A stretch of DNA of 64,000 nt from Trichoplax adhaerens (Eukaryota; Animalia; Placozoa), in NCBI RefSeq assembly GCF_000150275.1, contig NW_002060948.1:744001-808000 (forward strand). The letters are read 5' to 3'. The position numbers and the translations under genes were made by a program. The notes beneath the pieces are model-generated. The model had not been told where the DNA came from. It made no database searches and saw only the letters and a list, made by a program, of their open reading frames with translations. Below are positions 25,401 through 40,010 of the stretch, in pieces (the stretch's first letter is position 1; each line of letters opens with the position of its first letter).

Positions 25401-28400
25401 ATTTCTAAATTTTACTGAATTCAGTATTGGTATGTACTATTGAACAGGTAAGATCGTCGAGGGTATTATAAACCACAAATGTGTACTAATTTTAAGCCCG
25501 TATCACAGATACATTCCCATAATTGCAATTCGCTCAAATTAATTACAGTTACTAGCCAATCTCAAGTATAATTGATACCTCTCGCTAATTATGCTGAGCA
25601 TCACTTTAAGCTATATTTTATAAAATAACCATACATTTGCCAACTTTACTTAGTCATTAGATATTTTCCGAAGTAAATCATTTTTACAGGATGAACTTAT
25701 AGTATATCAGTAGTTATATTAATCTCAAAACCTTTAGGTGGCATCTAACCGGAGTCAAACAAAATAAATTTTATCGTACTTGTTAAATATTTCGATTTGT
25801 TGTTTACGATTATCATAATCGCTTCTCTGAATTAATTCATCCCAGACTTTACGAATCTGACAAGTCTCTAGCTTTTGATTAAATGGAGAAACATAACCAT
25901 CGATATGCAAGCACATTTCTCTAACCTATAAATTGCCGTTTATATATAGATGCAACAACGTAAGAGATCTACGTTATTGTGTATAAAAGATTAAGCGCGA
26001 GATTACGGTATAGGTATCTACGAGTATTAGACTACAAAGTTACGCATAGAGTATTACTTTTCTCTGGCTTATTTCACAACGATTGGCTACTTCGGTCATG
26101 ATTTTTTCCGTTATCCAGATTGCCTAATTATTATGATAAAGCATATATATTTTATTGGGATATTATTTCAATCGGCTAGTAGCAATACTATATTTTATGA
26201 ATGGCAATTATATTATGATGATAAGACCGACTGGGAAACAATCAATAAATTGAAAATTAATAATTATAGCAATTAATTTTCGATACGAATACATAAGTTT
26301 TGCAATAGTATTATTATGAAAGCTACCTGGGGAGCACCAAATCCTCTAAATGCTGTAGTTGATGAAATATTTGTTTGGCAAATAGAACCACTATAATCAC
26401 AATTTTCAATCATATAAGATCCAAACAATCTGATCATAGAATAGTTCATAACCTAAAGTAAAGGAGCATTAAATAACTTCTTTACATAAAGAAAATATAA
26501 TTCAGTTCTCTCCGATTTACTCGTTTCCAGGGATACTATAATTCGTAATTTATAGAGGAAAATACTTTTAAAGAGTTATTGCTTAAGCACACCGATAGCG
26601 AAAGATCTCTAGAATATCCAGAATTGCTGTACATTCTAATTTGAATCGCTTGAATATGGCCGTCATTATTAAAACCAACCTAAAATAGTTTTAAATTTTG
26701 TACAAATTGAAAGAAGAATGCAGACCCGTAGAGCCTTTCTTCTATTGTAATTATAAAATAGATCTTCCAGTATAATAACAGCATATCTATAATTTGATAT
26801 TTTGTATCTTGGTAATTTCCATATTAATTTAAAAATGAAAATTAGCACGATTCTAATCTATACCTTATATTTTGCTAAATATGGGGCTCTACTGCCTTTA
26901 ATTGCCATATCAACATGTCTATCAATCATCAATCGGATTGGCCTTTTCAATCTGAAATCAAATAAGCCTTAATTTAGTAATACTAAATGCAAGAGCAAAA
27001 TCGATGCTGTAAAACATATATGATAGATATAATTAGAATTTATTTCTCATACTTTCTAGCAGCTACGGCTACACCAGCGGATATGGAAGCTATCCTAGTA
27101 TTCTTACCGCCAAAACTACCGCCTAAAATATTAATGTTAGAATTGTGTTGTTTTAATCCATCAAAAGTTAAAATATTGTATTCATGAAATCTAACTGGTG
27201 TCACATAATGAATAAAATAAAACTAACAATATCTCTCCATCTTAAATATGAACTATATTTTTATAAACTTAATCATGTTTTATATTCAGTATATGAAACG
27301 CGAACATTTAATATCACATATGCTTTTATTACGCTATTCATAAGAGTACTATGATTAATTGCAAATATATATATCTAAAATCATGTATAGAAGCAACTTT
27401 TAACATTCATAGAAATGCATGAAATGCATAATATGCCACACACCTATGCGTTTTATGTGGCAAACTATACAGTTCATAGGTATTGCTAATGTTTCTGAAA
27501 TAACTGATTGCACCAAATCTAAACACTGGGTAGCAACATGAACATCCAGTTCCATTGCTTCTGCTTTAGGTGTAACAATAACACATTGATTTTCCATGTA
27601 AAAGTGCTCCTAAACTCAAAATGAAGAGAAATCGAATTACATGCTCAAAGCCGCATATAACATCTAATCTAAGTGAGAAAATTAATTTCAGGTCTATAAA
27701 GCGATCATTAAGCCACATGAGAGAAAGTTAATACCCAAGAAGATAGATAATTCTTTCCGTCGAAAGAGATATTATTATAGCCCTACCTGACCGCCCATTC
27801 GGATTTCATCCTCAATAATGTGGTGAGAGTTGAGAAATCCATTCTGTATGTTTCCACTTGTTAGATGAAATGTTTCGAAAATAGATTCTTCTTTAATTGC
27901 ATCCTGAAATAGGATATGTAACATGATATCGACTTTCATTATCCTGGTATTAATCTATATTTATGATACTTCAAGAATCGACAATTACTCATCATCACCT
28001 CAATAGTTAGAATTGCAGGTAGATCTTTATAACTTATTTTAACAAGCTTAACCGCTTCATCGGCAATTTCTTTACTTTCAGCTATAATCATTCCAATCAT
28101 TTGACCATGTGAGGTTACCTGACATACAGTATATACATATAACCATTGAGACTATAAATTTATGGTCATGTAGAAAGTATTATTATTATGTTGTGGTATT
28201 ATTAATGAACCTTATCATTTGAGAATATGTATTCATCATTTGCCATTTCTCCATATCGATTTGATCCAGGTACATCTTTTGCCGAAATGTACTCATGAAC
28301 GCCAGGCAATGAAATTGCTTCATCATAATTAATTGATCTGCCAAGAGAGAGAAATTATATATTAAATTAGATAGACAATTAACATCTGCTATAAATGCAC

Positions 28401-31400
28401 ACATCTAATCATTATTTGGCTGTTCAATGTTCGTATACAAAATAAAATCATATTGCGGTGCAATATTAAGACATCAACTTATCTATGAAATTTTACTTAC
28501 TCTATAATAGCATGAGCTCTTTCGCTTAACACGATACTTGCATGTAATTCATCTAGATTCACCCCCAAGTAACGACAAATAGGCACAGTATTGGTATAAC
28601 CTCAGAGTACAAACTGATCGACAAAATTACAGAATCTTACTCTTATATTCAGGTATATCCATTAAGTATTGTGCTTCTCCGGTAGTTTGCTGCAATGCCG
28701 TGAGATGTACAATAGGTCGCCTTAACGCATCATCCATTACCTGTTTAGGATTGACTTTCTATATGTTTTAAATGATTTTTATGAAAATTAGTTTGTGGCC
28801 TCAACCAGTATCTTGCTTAACCTAAAGAATTTATAGGATTGCTACTGAAACAATTTCTAACCCACCATTAGATGAATTAAACACTATATGATAGTTAAAA
28901 GGGTGAAAGAATAGCTACAATACGATATTGATCCTGGTTACAGAGCTAGGAATAGTTACTTCGAAAATTTGAATTCCTTTGGAAGGACAGCGACGAATAT
29001 TAGTTTTCACGCTAGAATCAATATTCGGATCCTGCGACAAGGAATAGTGAAATAATGTAATACATTGCGTTATTATAATGAGAATAAGAGTGTTTTTTAA
29101 AGTTGTTTTGATTTATTAAATAATCTCCGGAATAATTATAAGAAATAGCTAGTTACCTCCGCAGAGATCTCTGATAGAACTTGCATAAAAAATTTAAAAA
29201 AGAAACTAGCTGCTAAGACTTTCCTGTATTCAGTAGCACCACCTTTGGCAGAGAATGGTAGAGGCAAGTCTTCACCAATTAATGCAATAGCATCTTCAAG
29301 CATTGCTAAATTCCACTCCCTATCAATATAAGTAGTATGCAAGTCGCAGGATTGAATTGTACTTAAAATTATTACGATTTTGATCAAATTGTTATCAAAG
29401 AATGCCAATAAAACAGGAGAGCTCCATTTAAAGTACTAAAATACTGATCTAGTCAATTTCGAAAGTGCAAGATAATAAACGAAAATTACTCTTAATTCAA
29501 GATCTTATTGAAATAGTTCTACCGTTTTTAGAAAATAAGAATAGGAAAAAATTACTAAAATCCAGTCGTACCTTCCAATTAAAGCCGATGATGTCTGCTT
29601 TGCTATCAATATCTTTGATCCCATACCCCCGTAAGCTAATGTACAATCTTTAACCAATCCAGGGGTATCGAAAATAGATCTATTCAAAATTACACGTAAG
29701 CCAGCATTGACGATAGCAAATGAATTATCGTATCGGCGCGATTGTTTATAACAAAACATATATTCATTCTGATAAAGGAAAAAGAAATAATGGTTATTTG
29801 TGAGATTGGATCATTATCATTTGGCTAAGCTGACAAACTGTAGCCTATCTAGTTATATATATACACGTATCATTAAGTTTCACCGTCAACTGAAAGTACA
29901 GCAGATATACCTCGGTAGAAAATGGAATTACAATAGAGGTTAAAATTTCTTGAGAAGTTAATTCACATTTTCCATCATTAGTAAAGAATGTATCGTCAAT
30001 AACAATTTGCTTCTCTGATCCTAATTTTAATTAAGGTAGTTAAAAGCAGATTTAATTACGTGTAAACCAAAAGTTAGGTGTGGACGAAATTCATTAAAGA
30101 AATATACCAGGCGATATGATTCAACTAATACGTCTATTACCGTCTAATGATTTTATTCTGAGCTGACATTTAGCTCCGACTAAGATAGTACATAAATCAG
30201 ATGTTGATCTTGCAGTGACTAGATTCCCAGCTAGGCTCTATACATGATGCATAGAATATATTATTAATAGGAATAGAATCCAATAGTAGCTATATAGCTT
30301 TATACGACTACTATTGATTTTTACAGTAATGGAAATTCGATATAGAAAGAGTGATCAACTTAATATTAGCTACTAATATTGCATTTTTCCTAACATGAAT
30401 ATAATATAATATAATACACAATAGCTATGGTTAAAGGTATAATTATAAACACTTATTACCGTTGACTTTAACTAAAATTACAATGTGAATACAGTATAGT
30501 AAGAATAATTAATTTGATATTTAGTATGGTACTTGTTATTAATTAAAGATCAAATATAGGGTTTGAATATTGATTCGGTATTAGTATCCTATTAATGTTT
30601 ATAACCATAACAGAAATTACTTGAATTTGATTAAAATTTGTTCTATTAAGACTTACGGCTACATTTCGAACTTGGCAGCAGCCGATACGCTTTAGCATGG
30701 TGATAAATGCACTGAAAATGCGTGTTTTATATTCTATACAAAATGGATATGAAAGTAATACAGTAGTTTTAAATTTAGTTGAATTCTATTCATTGTGAAT
30801 TACTAATAGAATTTTTACTGAGCGAATACAAAACTGCAATGACAATTTTAAATTTTTACGATATAGTAATAATAGTTATCTAATTCAATAAAAAGGAATC
30901 ACAACCCATGTTTATAAATGATATCAGCCGACATGGCTATACGTGGATGTAACTTAAAATTGCAATATCATAATTGATATTACATGAAGAACCATTTAGA
31001 ATATTTTTATGTTTATATAAACTTATAGTGACATGTGTATTAATAATATAATGGACTATTTATAGCCTATAACCATCAGATTCCACTATCCATGACTTGT
31101 TATAGATTATGATTTCATAAAATTTCATCAATAATCAATGTTACTATCGTAACAAATATAGTTTAAATTGATATAGTAGAGATTGTATCTATAGATATTG
31201 ACCTGGTAGTTGTATAATTATTCTTTCTAACTCTTCCATCAAACGCGAAATGGTAACTGAGGAACCAACTAAAACTCCATCGTCTAGTTTTTCAATATTG
31301 TTTAATTCGTTGACGTTGGCAGTTGATATCAAAGCATAGTGATTTATACCATGATATTTTGTGTTTATACCTGAGGTAAATGATATGTAAAATAGAGATT

Positions 31401-34400
31401 AAGTAACAATGAACTCAACGTTAACTTAGTAAAGAATCGGATATTATTGATATTCGAGCAAAATACAACTCTAACTCAAAATCTAGTGATAATAATAATA
31501 ACATTTTGTGCAAGTTAAAACAAAGTAAGAATTGATCTCCTTACCAATCTCAAGGTGACCACCAACTAATTTACTATTGGGATATTGCTGCTTTACTGAT
31601 ATTAGTTCATCAAATGATATTGAACTAACCCATGTTACTTTATTACCGAAGATAGTTAAATTTGTTGGCGGCTTCTTACCTAATATCTACACGCCAGAAA
31701 TATTGTATTAAGTATCATATCGTATCCGCAGAATCAGTGAGTATTTGTTAGAGAGTTCTCATTCGCTATCAAGACTACAATTACCAAAAGTTCAGGCGGA
31801 AATATTAATTCCTGAGAAGGATCATATAAAGAAAATTCTTGGGGATTGTACAGCTCTGTACTGACAATATCCTTTTGGATTACAAAATTATAAAGAAAAA
31901 ATATGTTATAAATTTTTAAAGCTTTTTATTCATACCTACACAAGTTCGCACTTGCCTTGTCAAGTTCTGTGTTAACTTTATCTAATTCAATTTTGTTACA
32001 GCAATTTTCCTAAAGCACATAATAGACGATTTTTAGTACCTGATTGGGAAGTAAAAACACCGAACACGAATGATTACCTTGCCACAGAATGTTTTACATC
32101 CTTCTAAAATTGGTCTATAGCCCGTACATCGACATAAATTACCTACAGAAATAAAACATTCCCATTTCTGAACTACTTAGATACGTATTTGATTAAATCA
32201 TATGTAGATTTTAAAGAAAGTGACGGCAGAAGAATAAGACTTCCAAGGGCTTTATTCCCTCTTTTAAGCCGCTGCTTTTAGTTCGGAAAGTTAAAATACG
32301 TTTTATCATAACTCCTAAGTGGTAAGAGTATATTTCAGCACTTATAATGTCCATTTTTCATGTTAGCTTATGTCAGTAATATACAGAAATAGTCTAATTG
32401 TATGGTGAGTCAATAGAATATTTCTTGTAATCCTCGATAACAGCTAGGAAGTTCTTTAACACTTTTCTTACATTCACTTGCCATCAGCAAAAGCCAAAAG
32501 TTCTTACAATTCCTACCTTCAAAGGCTAATTCAATTTCTTCTGGTGTTGGCTGTGGGTTATTGCGTAGCAGAGCATACATGGACATGACAAAACCAGGGG
32601 TGCAATAACCACATTGGGTGCCATGGACTTTGGCAATACGTTCCTATGAAGACTTTAGTGATCAGCTTTGTAGATACTAATGGGATTTATTATATAAACA
32701 GTAACGAAAGCCGTTATACGTTTTTTTAATCCTCACAATGAACTACTTAGTATGGCTTACCTGGATCGGATGCAATTTTGTTTCTGTGCTACCAATACCT
32801 TCTACAGTAGTAATTGCTACACCGTCTAGTAAGCAGACAGGCATTAAGCACGAATTCGCGGCATAATGACTACAAAATCGTGCAGCTAAGGAATCCTATT
32901 GCACCTAACCATGGGCTAAGTGTATACATTTTAGCTCACAACGAATCACATTTATATAGCAGAATAACTGACTGTATTAATATAAGACTTCATCGTGATT
33001 TAGACCATATCATTACTGCTTGCTTTACAAAAAAGACTCGGCAACAAAAATATTGTATATTACGTAAAGACTGATCGAAAACATAGTTCAAGGTACATAT
33101 TTTACCACGATAGATTAGGATGTGAAAAAGGATACATCACTTTTTGCTGATAGCGATCATATTTGGATATCATAATGGTGCATGCACCGCAACCGCCTTC
33201 GCCACAACTCAACTTGGTTCCCGTTAAGTGTACTTTTCCAAGATTGCCAAGTTAAGGATAATTTATCTTTAAGACATACTCAAATACTGAAGAGGTGTAT
33301 GTGAATAATACGGGTATTATTATTATAACTGTCAGCAAAGAGACGGGAGTTTGCACTAGTATCATTTAATTGGTGAAATTAAGCTACTCAAAATAGTCAT
33401 TTGCAACATTTACTCGTAAGCAAGTGAGCGTAATAATTCTCTGGATAAGATTTCATCAAAAATTAAAGGTCTAGATTAGTCTAGAAATTGCTAGGACTCA
33501 ACGCTTATAACAATAATGTGCGAATATTATTATTTCAGATTAGCTATACGTGTATTGAAACAGTATTATTACTTAAACTAGCAGAGAAACCACGGGCTTA
33601 GACAAAGATTTATGAACAATTTATAGAAAATCAAATAAGAGATTGTTACCATATTTTACTAGCTGATCATGAAAGATGCAAATATGTTGACTGCTTCTCT
33701 GTCTCTAAAATGTAATCAGGATACATTCATCGCGAAGTAGCTGTAAAACGGATTGTTCTGGCTCTATCTTGCTTCGGCAGTACTAGCAACAAAGTCAAAG
33801 TTCATTTGATTCATTACTACATTGAGTCATATAAGTGCTACGATTCCTATAATGTTAAGATAGCTCATACGCCCGTAAGTATTAATCAGCATAGAGTGTC
33901 TGTGTTGGTTGCTAAAGCCTTTTTAAGTGCGATATCAATTATAACACCACACCTGCTACAGTTTCCTTTGCAGCTTATTTTGCAAATGAAAATATCGCAA
34001 CTGCAACGTCTTTAGAACAGCTAGATCAATCCTAACCAAGGTCTACGATAGACTAGCAATTTCGACAGATATGTACGAGTATATCGCTAATCTTAGCTCT
34101 CGTACCTAAAAGGTCATTTTCTCTACAGTAGACTGCAAAATTTACAAAGCAGTGTAGAGACATCGTTGATACTGGCTCTACTACTCAGAAAAAGGCTAGC
34201 GTTAACTAACTTACTTAATAACTCGTGATCATGTAAAAGCATGTTATAAGGTAGTCTCTAACATCGAATCACTTCTATCTCAATTCGAATGCATGATTAC
34301 ATATACACTGAATAGACCACATAATTCATGCTACATAAAGGATAGTCCATGGTAATCCTACCACTTGAAAATAGTTACTGTAGACTGGCGACTTGTTATT

Positions 34401-34917
34401 CTATAAATTATATATGCCAAATATATAACAACCGTAGGGTAGACTACAAAATTTGGCTACAGCGTAATGTCGTTATTCCTACTTTTATAAATAAAAACGA
34501 CTAAGTTGCTTTAATCTATCCCTGTTTCATTTTCGACAATTAGTCTACTCGTATATGGTGATTTTCTAATATACTACACTAAAGTAAGCGTTCTCTGTAC
34601 TTAGAAGTAGTAAAAGTCTCTTCTGAATTGCATTAAAGGCCTATCATCGATATATCCCAGTAATGACCATAGCGATATATCTCAATGCTATATCTTGCTA
34701 GTACAGCTAAACATTGATACGTTGTAGTGAGTAGGAGTATGAAATAGAAAAATCGTATCGTTATTTATTAATTTCAATAAATTAATGAATATGTAATACA
34801 CATCTCAATTTCCTGTTGTAGCATGAAATTACTTCTAGAAGATGGAATGATAGTACATAGGACACCAACCTTTTTGCCGTTAAGGTAAAATAGAATAGTT
34901 GTTCTTTTAGTATCCAT
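22401..34917 (-). CDS. Molybdo-flavoenzyme paralog A (XDH/aldehyde oxidase family; AOX-like active site), ~35 exons
   Basis: ATG 34917 ([16 protein letters not shown]), [2Fe-2S] motifs [15 protein letters not shown] and [20 protein letters not shown], an FAD domain, and a Moco domain with [30 protein letters not shown] and AIGEP. The acceptor and stop of the last exon are ambiguous ([10 protein letters not shown] at 22401 preferred). Confidence 0.93.
32870..33135 (-). other. U12-type (minor) GT-AG intron 3 of paralog A
   Basis: Perfect donor GTATCCTTTT at 33135, branch-like TTCCTTAGC (32893-32885), TAG acceptor at 32870. Confidence 0.88.
33233..33724 (-). other. U12-type (minor) GT-AG intron 2 of paralog A
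   Basis: Donor GTATCCTGA at 33724, branch TCCTTAAC (33258-33251), AAG acceptor at 33233, no pyrimidine tract. Confidence 0.85.
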
Positions 34918-36660
34918 TGAATATGGTAATGACAATTCTAGTGTCGAACCTAAATATCAGTAGTGATGCGATAGAAAACATTAATTTTTCCTCTGCAATA
35001 ATTTATCTTTTATTACTGGATCAATTTGGATTACTTTAAAAGTAGTTACGCCACCCGTGTCCCCTACTTCATGCTACGATTATTAATGAGCCTTTCACTA
35101 TTACCATACTATTTCAACATTTATTAGTACGCTAGCTCAAATCAATCAGGACGCTTATATACTGTAGTACTAATATATTATTTTATCCACAGAAGTGTTA
35201 TAGCATATTATTCAGTAAATCTCAATACATCTAAATAATTACTAATATTGAATGTATAATGATACACAAGATGATGATGATCGTAAAATGGTAATAGAAT
35301 CCTTTAATTTATTCCACACCTTTGTTATTACCATGTATAAGTTAGGAGGTGCCTTGCGATTGTTTTGTAGAACTTAATTGAAGTCAATTAAGCAATAATT
35401 ACGCCAAAATAATGACTAGGTCAGTATCAGCATGTGTAGATATGTGATTCTTATTGGAAGCGATATTATTTTGGAGAGCTTTATCGTACTACCATCACAG
35501 CTACCTTCAGCACAAGTTACCTTGTATCCTGTTAAATGCTGCTTTGGAAAATTGATGGTTAAAGAAGTCCTTTCAGGATTTTTAATATTTATTCATACAT
35601 TAGCAAGATTAAGTGATGCCATGATCGTATGTTACTACACACCGCATTTGGCAAATATTTCTACTGTAGTATAGCTCGCAAATAGCATCAATACAACCTT
35701 ATGTAGTGAAAGTTGATAATATTCCTTGAGACTGAGGCTATGCCAAAATGGAATGTTCCCATATACTGCTACTAAGCCATCAAGCTGTCTAATTTAAGCA
35801 AAAATGATCAAGTTGACTGCAGTACTTTGAAAGAAGCTCAACTGTTCAGCTGTAGTAAGATAATAGTAAATATTGATGGCATATGCCTCCAATAAGTATT
35901 GTAAGAATATAACCATTACGAAAGAACTGCAACAAGGATTTTTAGGTTAAAATTGAGTCATATAGGATAATGGTAAGAGTCAATAAATTTTCAATTACTT
36001 ATAGCCGCAAATAAATTTTATTCCAAACTCTATTTCTTAAGTTAGTCATGGTCCTACCAAATTGACTGTTGCATACGTGTATATTAAAGCATACGAGTAC
36101 ATATTACCAAAGTTAGTACTACTCGTGAGAGGGTTAGGAGATATATAACTACAGTCTAACATATCGATAATAGGATAATTTACTCTCATTTCGAACAATG
36201 TGAAAAAAAGTTTTCTCGACGTTTTAACCCTCTCAAATATTTAAATTGATCTTATTCAGATGATTGAGTTTAAAACCAGAGAAAAAGCCGGGAACAGACT
36301 GCACCTTTAGCTCCGCAGAAAGTAGCAGGATTACCCGATTTTCTAGCCAATATGCAGAGGAAAATGCTAAAACTATTGTAGAAATTATACCGCGAGTCTA
36401 CTATCAGGTTTGTCCTCCCTGACATTAACCTAAAGTGCGACTCTCAATACTGATGACCTCCTATCGTTAGAAGGAACAGTAACACCACTAGACTCTCTTA
36501 GACATAACTGAACCCAAACTTTATTGAAAAGTCAGTCAATTTATAATGAATGGATATAAACATTAATAATTAGTTTATAGAAGCTATGCAGTTATCTATT
36601 AAAAAATATGTAAAACATCATAGATAACGGTAGGTAAATACATTGATAGAAAAGTGAAGT

Positions 36661-37260
36661 ATCTGTCCTTTTTTCTCACTTTCTTGATAACCTGCTCCTA
36701 GTTGGATCTCTTTTGAAGTTATTAAGCCCTAATACAAACCAAAGTTCATGTCTAATCAACGTCTGTGGCTGTTTTCATTCTCCTATCCATTATAACGCAC
36801 TTCAAAGCAGAATAGCCAATACAGTCAGCTTGCTAAGCTTTTCTACACATTAAACTGCTCTAATGTGATAAAATGATGCTGCTGTTTGTAAACCTTAGCC
36901 TATTTTAATGTATAAATGATGGACACTTTATTTTTTCACTATCTGATACAAATAGCTAATTTCATAACATCAATGCTCAAATAACTTTAATTCACGATTT
37001 TTATTAAAATATCTATTCTTTTTTCTCACTTTCTTGATAACCTGCTTCTGTTCGATTCTCATTTAAAGTTATTAAGCCCTAATATGGACTAAAATTCATG
37101 TCTAATAAATTAATTAGACTGTTTGTTTTCCTTCTGCTATCAATTATAGCGCACTTCTAAGCAGAATAGCCAATACAGCCAGGCCGCTAAGCTTTTCTAC
37201 GTGGAAAGCTGCTATTGCTTGTAAACCTTAGCCAATTTTCAATGTGAAAATAATTGACAT
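36661..37260. repeat. Diverged direct duplication, period ~350 bp
   Basis: TTTTTTCTCACTTTCTTGATAACCTGC...AAGCAGAATAGCCAATACAG...TTGTAAACCTTAGCC occurs at ~36661 and ~37011. Confidence 0.85.
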
Positions 37261-39150
37261 TCTTCGATTCGCAACAGTCTTACAAAAGTAGACATTAAAA
37301 TTTCCACATTACGTTTCTAATAAGGCTGAATTGAAGGTAAAGCAATTCGATCGCAACTTCAACGCGAAAGGTTGATTTTGTTAGGCTACCGGTACCAACG
37401 TCTCGGATTAAACTCTACTCTATCTATTTTGATTAACTCAATATACAATACAGATTCATCTATTGTAGCGTAAATGTAAGAGATGGCGCTGTTACTAAGG
37501 CAGACGTAAGTTAATTATTGCATAATTCAATTTATAATTTAATCGATATTGACAGCCGTTATCAAATATGAAATTATTTGATTTCTGTGGATATAAGGTT
37601 GGATAACGTGTTGTGAATGCAATTAGTTGTCTACTTGTTGCCAGATACGATGATTTGATTCGTTACTAGGATAATAAAATAAATATATAGCGTATGTCCT
37701 GCCGGTAATAAGTGAATATTTTTCATGTCTGGCAGTTATTGGCGGATCGGACGAAATAATAGCATTCATTATCTAGTTAATTGTCAAGGTACAAGCTAAA
37801 CATTATAGAGAGAACAATCATGTGGAACTATGTCTATCCTAATAATTAACCGCTATAGTTTAAAAACATGATTTAGAGGATGAAATTAAATGAACTGAAA
37901 ATATGTCATGATAGTTATTCTATGCATTTATATCCAATGTTAACAATCTATCATCATGGTGATCTCTATTATTGGATTATAATCAGCCATTCAAAGCTAT
38001 TAGAAAGCCTGAAATAATTATCTTAACTAATTTATCATAACAATACTATTCAAAAAGAATAGATTTTAATGGAATTTAATCGATTGTTATCTATGTTTAC
38101 GATCAGTCGTAACAGTGGTGAATAGTAGTCGTAGGGGTAACGCCATGATGACTGTTGAAATTTTTGCATATTCAAGAATAATAAAGATGAGTAATAGAGC
38201 AATTGACTTGGCAGTTTCAATTGCGGTTAATTAGAAAAATATCCACAACTAGCCAGCCTTACGAAAGTTCTATGTCAACTTGATGATAGGTAAGTCTTGA
38301 TTATTTTATATTCAAGTGCAAGCAAATTAAATTGATTTCATAATACGGTAACTGACGGATCTCCTCATTCGCTCAAGTTTATTCTTTTGATCTCACTTTT
38401 TTCTCTCAAGTTAAAATAAACATGTGTTTTAATGACAGAATTGAGGCACAGAGCTACGGCATAAAATCGTGGGTAGATACCCATTTCAACTTAATCCATT
38501 TACTATACCATTCTTTTGAAGGTTTTAACTCTCTTCAGATTATGACGATTTGATTCACTAATGATTATGATTTTATAAATTTTTAACTGAAAACGATCGC
38601 TGACTGTAGTCGTTATTGGTTATTCTCTTGATGTTACAACGACGATTTGAATTGATCGCCCCTTACATGCTTTAAAAAATCAACGACTAATTGCACCATT
38701 CCCTTAAACATAACGGAATTTATATCGTAGTTGTAACAACTGTTTAGTCCAATCTAGACGAAACCAATGACTGATAGTATGCATATACCACTCTTTATGC
38801 AATGGTAAATGCTTTTCAGTTTAATCTTCGCCATTAAATTAATTCTTCTTGATGATATTAAATTGTGGTTCTCTACACTATTGGTTGCCTTTTAAAGCAT
38901 TTTTACAATTTACTTCAAAGTAAAGTTATGACTTTGGTTCTAATTTCCAAAGTAAAATGCCATTGTACAGATACTTAAAACCAACTCTCGCTTTATTCTC
39001 CAAAACGAGACGTGAACAAGCGTAAATAAAGCAAAGAATGAACTTTAATTTTGACCTACTTTAAATTTCTAACTGTTTTTAGTCTGAACGCAAGGACTCA
39101 TGATATAAGCTTTGATAATGTAATGATAGTGATCAATTAATTATTACTCA

Positions 39151-39497
39151 TAACTATGACTCCATTTTCCTGCTAATAAACTAATACTATACCCAAAGCT
39201 CCAAAACGCGTACTAGTAGGATCAATTGCATCAAGCGATACTGTTTCCATGATCGTATTTCACTACACCTTCAACTAATCATCTTGATATTTACTTAACA
39301 AAGTAGAATACTGAAGTAATTTCCTAACTATGACTTCATTTTCCTGCCAAAAAATTAATACCATAGCCAAAGCTCGAAAATGCATTAGTATGATAAACTG
39401 TATATTGCAACATCGTGTTCATGATCGTATTTCGCAACAGTTTCAACTAAACGTCTAGATATTTACTCAAGAAAATAGAGATACTGAAGTAGTTTCT
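39151..39497. repeat. Diverged tandem duplication, period ~174 bp
   Basis: TAACTATGACTYCATTTTCCTGC...CATGATCGTATTTC...ATACTGAAGTA occurs at 39151 and 39325. Confidence 0.8.
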
Positions 39498-39529
39498 CAT
39501 CCATAGAAGGAAGTTATCACGAGCTACTA

Positions 39530-40010
39530 TTAAGTAAACAACTTATCTTGAATATATTCTTACAAATTGAGTTTATAGCGTAAGTGCTATACAATATCTA
39601 CCTCTCAGGTTGAATCAATTTACTATAAGTAATTTCAAATGAGCTAATATATTTACTACAACATTTTTGTCGATTCTGTCATTATACTGGGAACGAATTG
39701 GAGTTCTTTTATTCTTTCTTTTTATAAGAAAATTTTTCTGCAATCAATTTATATTCGTGATAATGTAGATAATGCTGTTAAGCAAATAATTTATCTTATA
39801 TAATATTCTTATAAATTGAGCTTATACCGTAAGTGCTATAAAATATCTGCCTGTTAGCTTAAATCTATTTGTTACAAGTGATTTATTTAAAGTTAGCTAA
39901 TACTTTGAATACGTTTATACCTGTTTTTACCATCATTATGCGAGCAAATTGGAGTTTTTCATTCTTTCTAAAATCAGTTTGTCTGTATTCAGTTGACGCT
40001 TCGTGATAAT
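39530..40010. repeat. Diverged tandem duplication, period ~248 bp
   Basis: TTAAG...TTATCTT...AAATTGAG.TTATA.CGTAAGTGCTATA...AATTGGAGTT...TTCGTGATAAT occurs at ~39530 and ~39778. Confidence 0.8.

Noticed and set aside
36126-36235. 11-bp inverted repeat TGAGAGGGTTA/TAACCCTCTCA (piggyBac-like TTAACCC)
   Set aside because: The ends face the wrong way for one element, there is no TSD, and such short IRs are expected by chance at this scale.
38100-38185. Hairpin or SECIS-like ATGA...AA...GA
   Set aside because: Stem geometry does not fit a SECIS, and no adjacent gene has an in-frame UGA.
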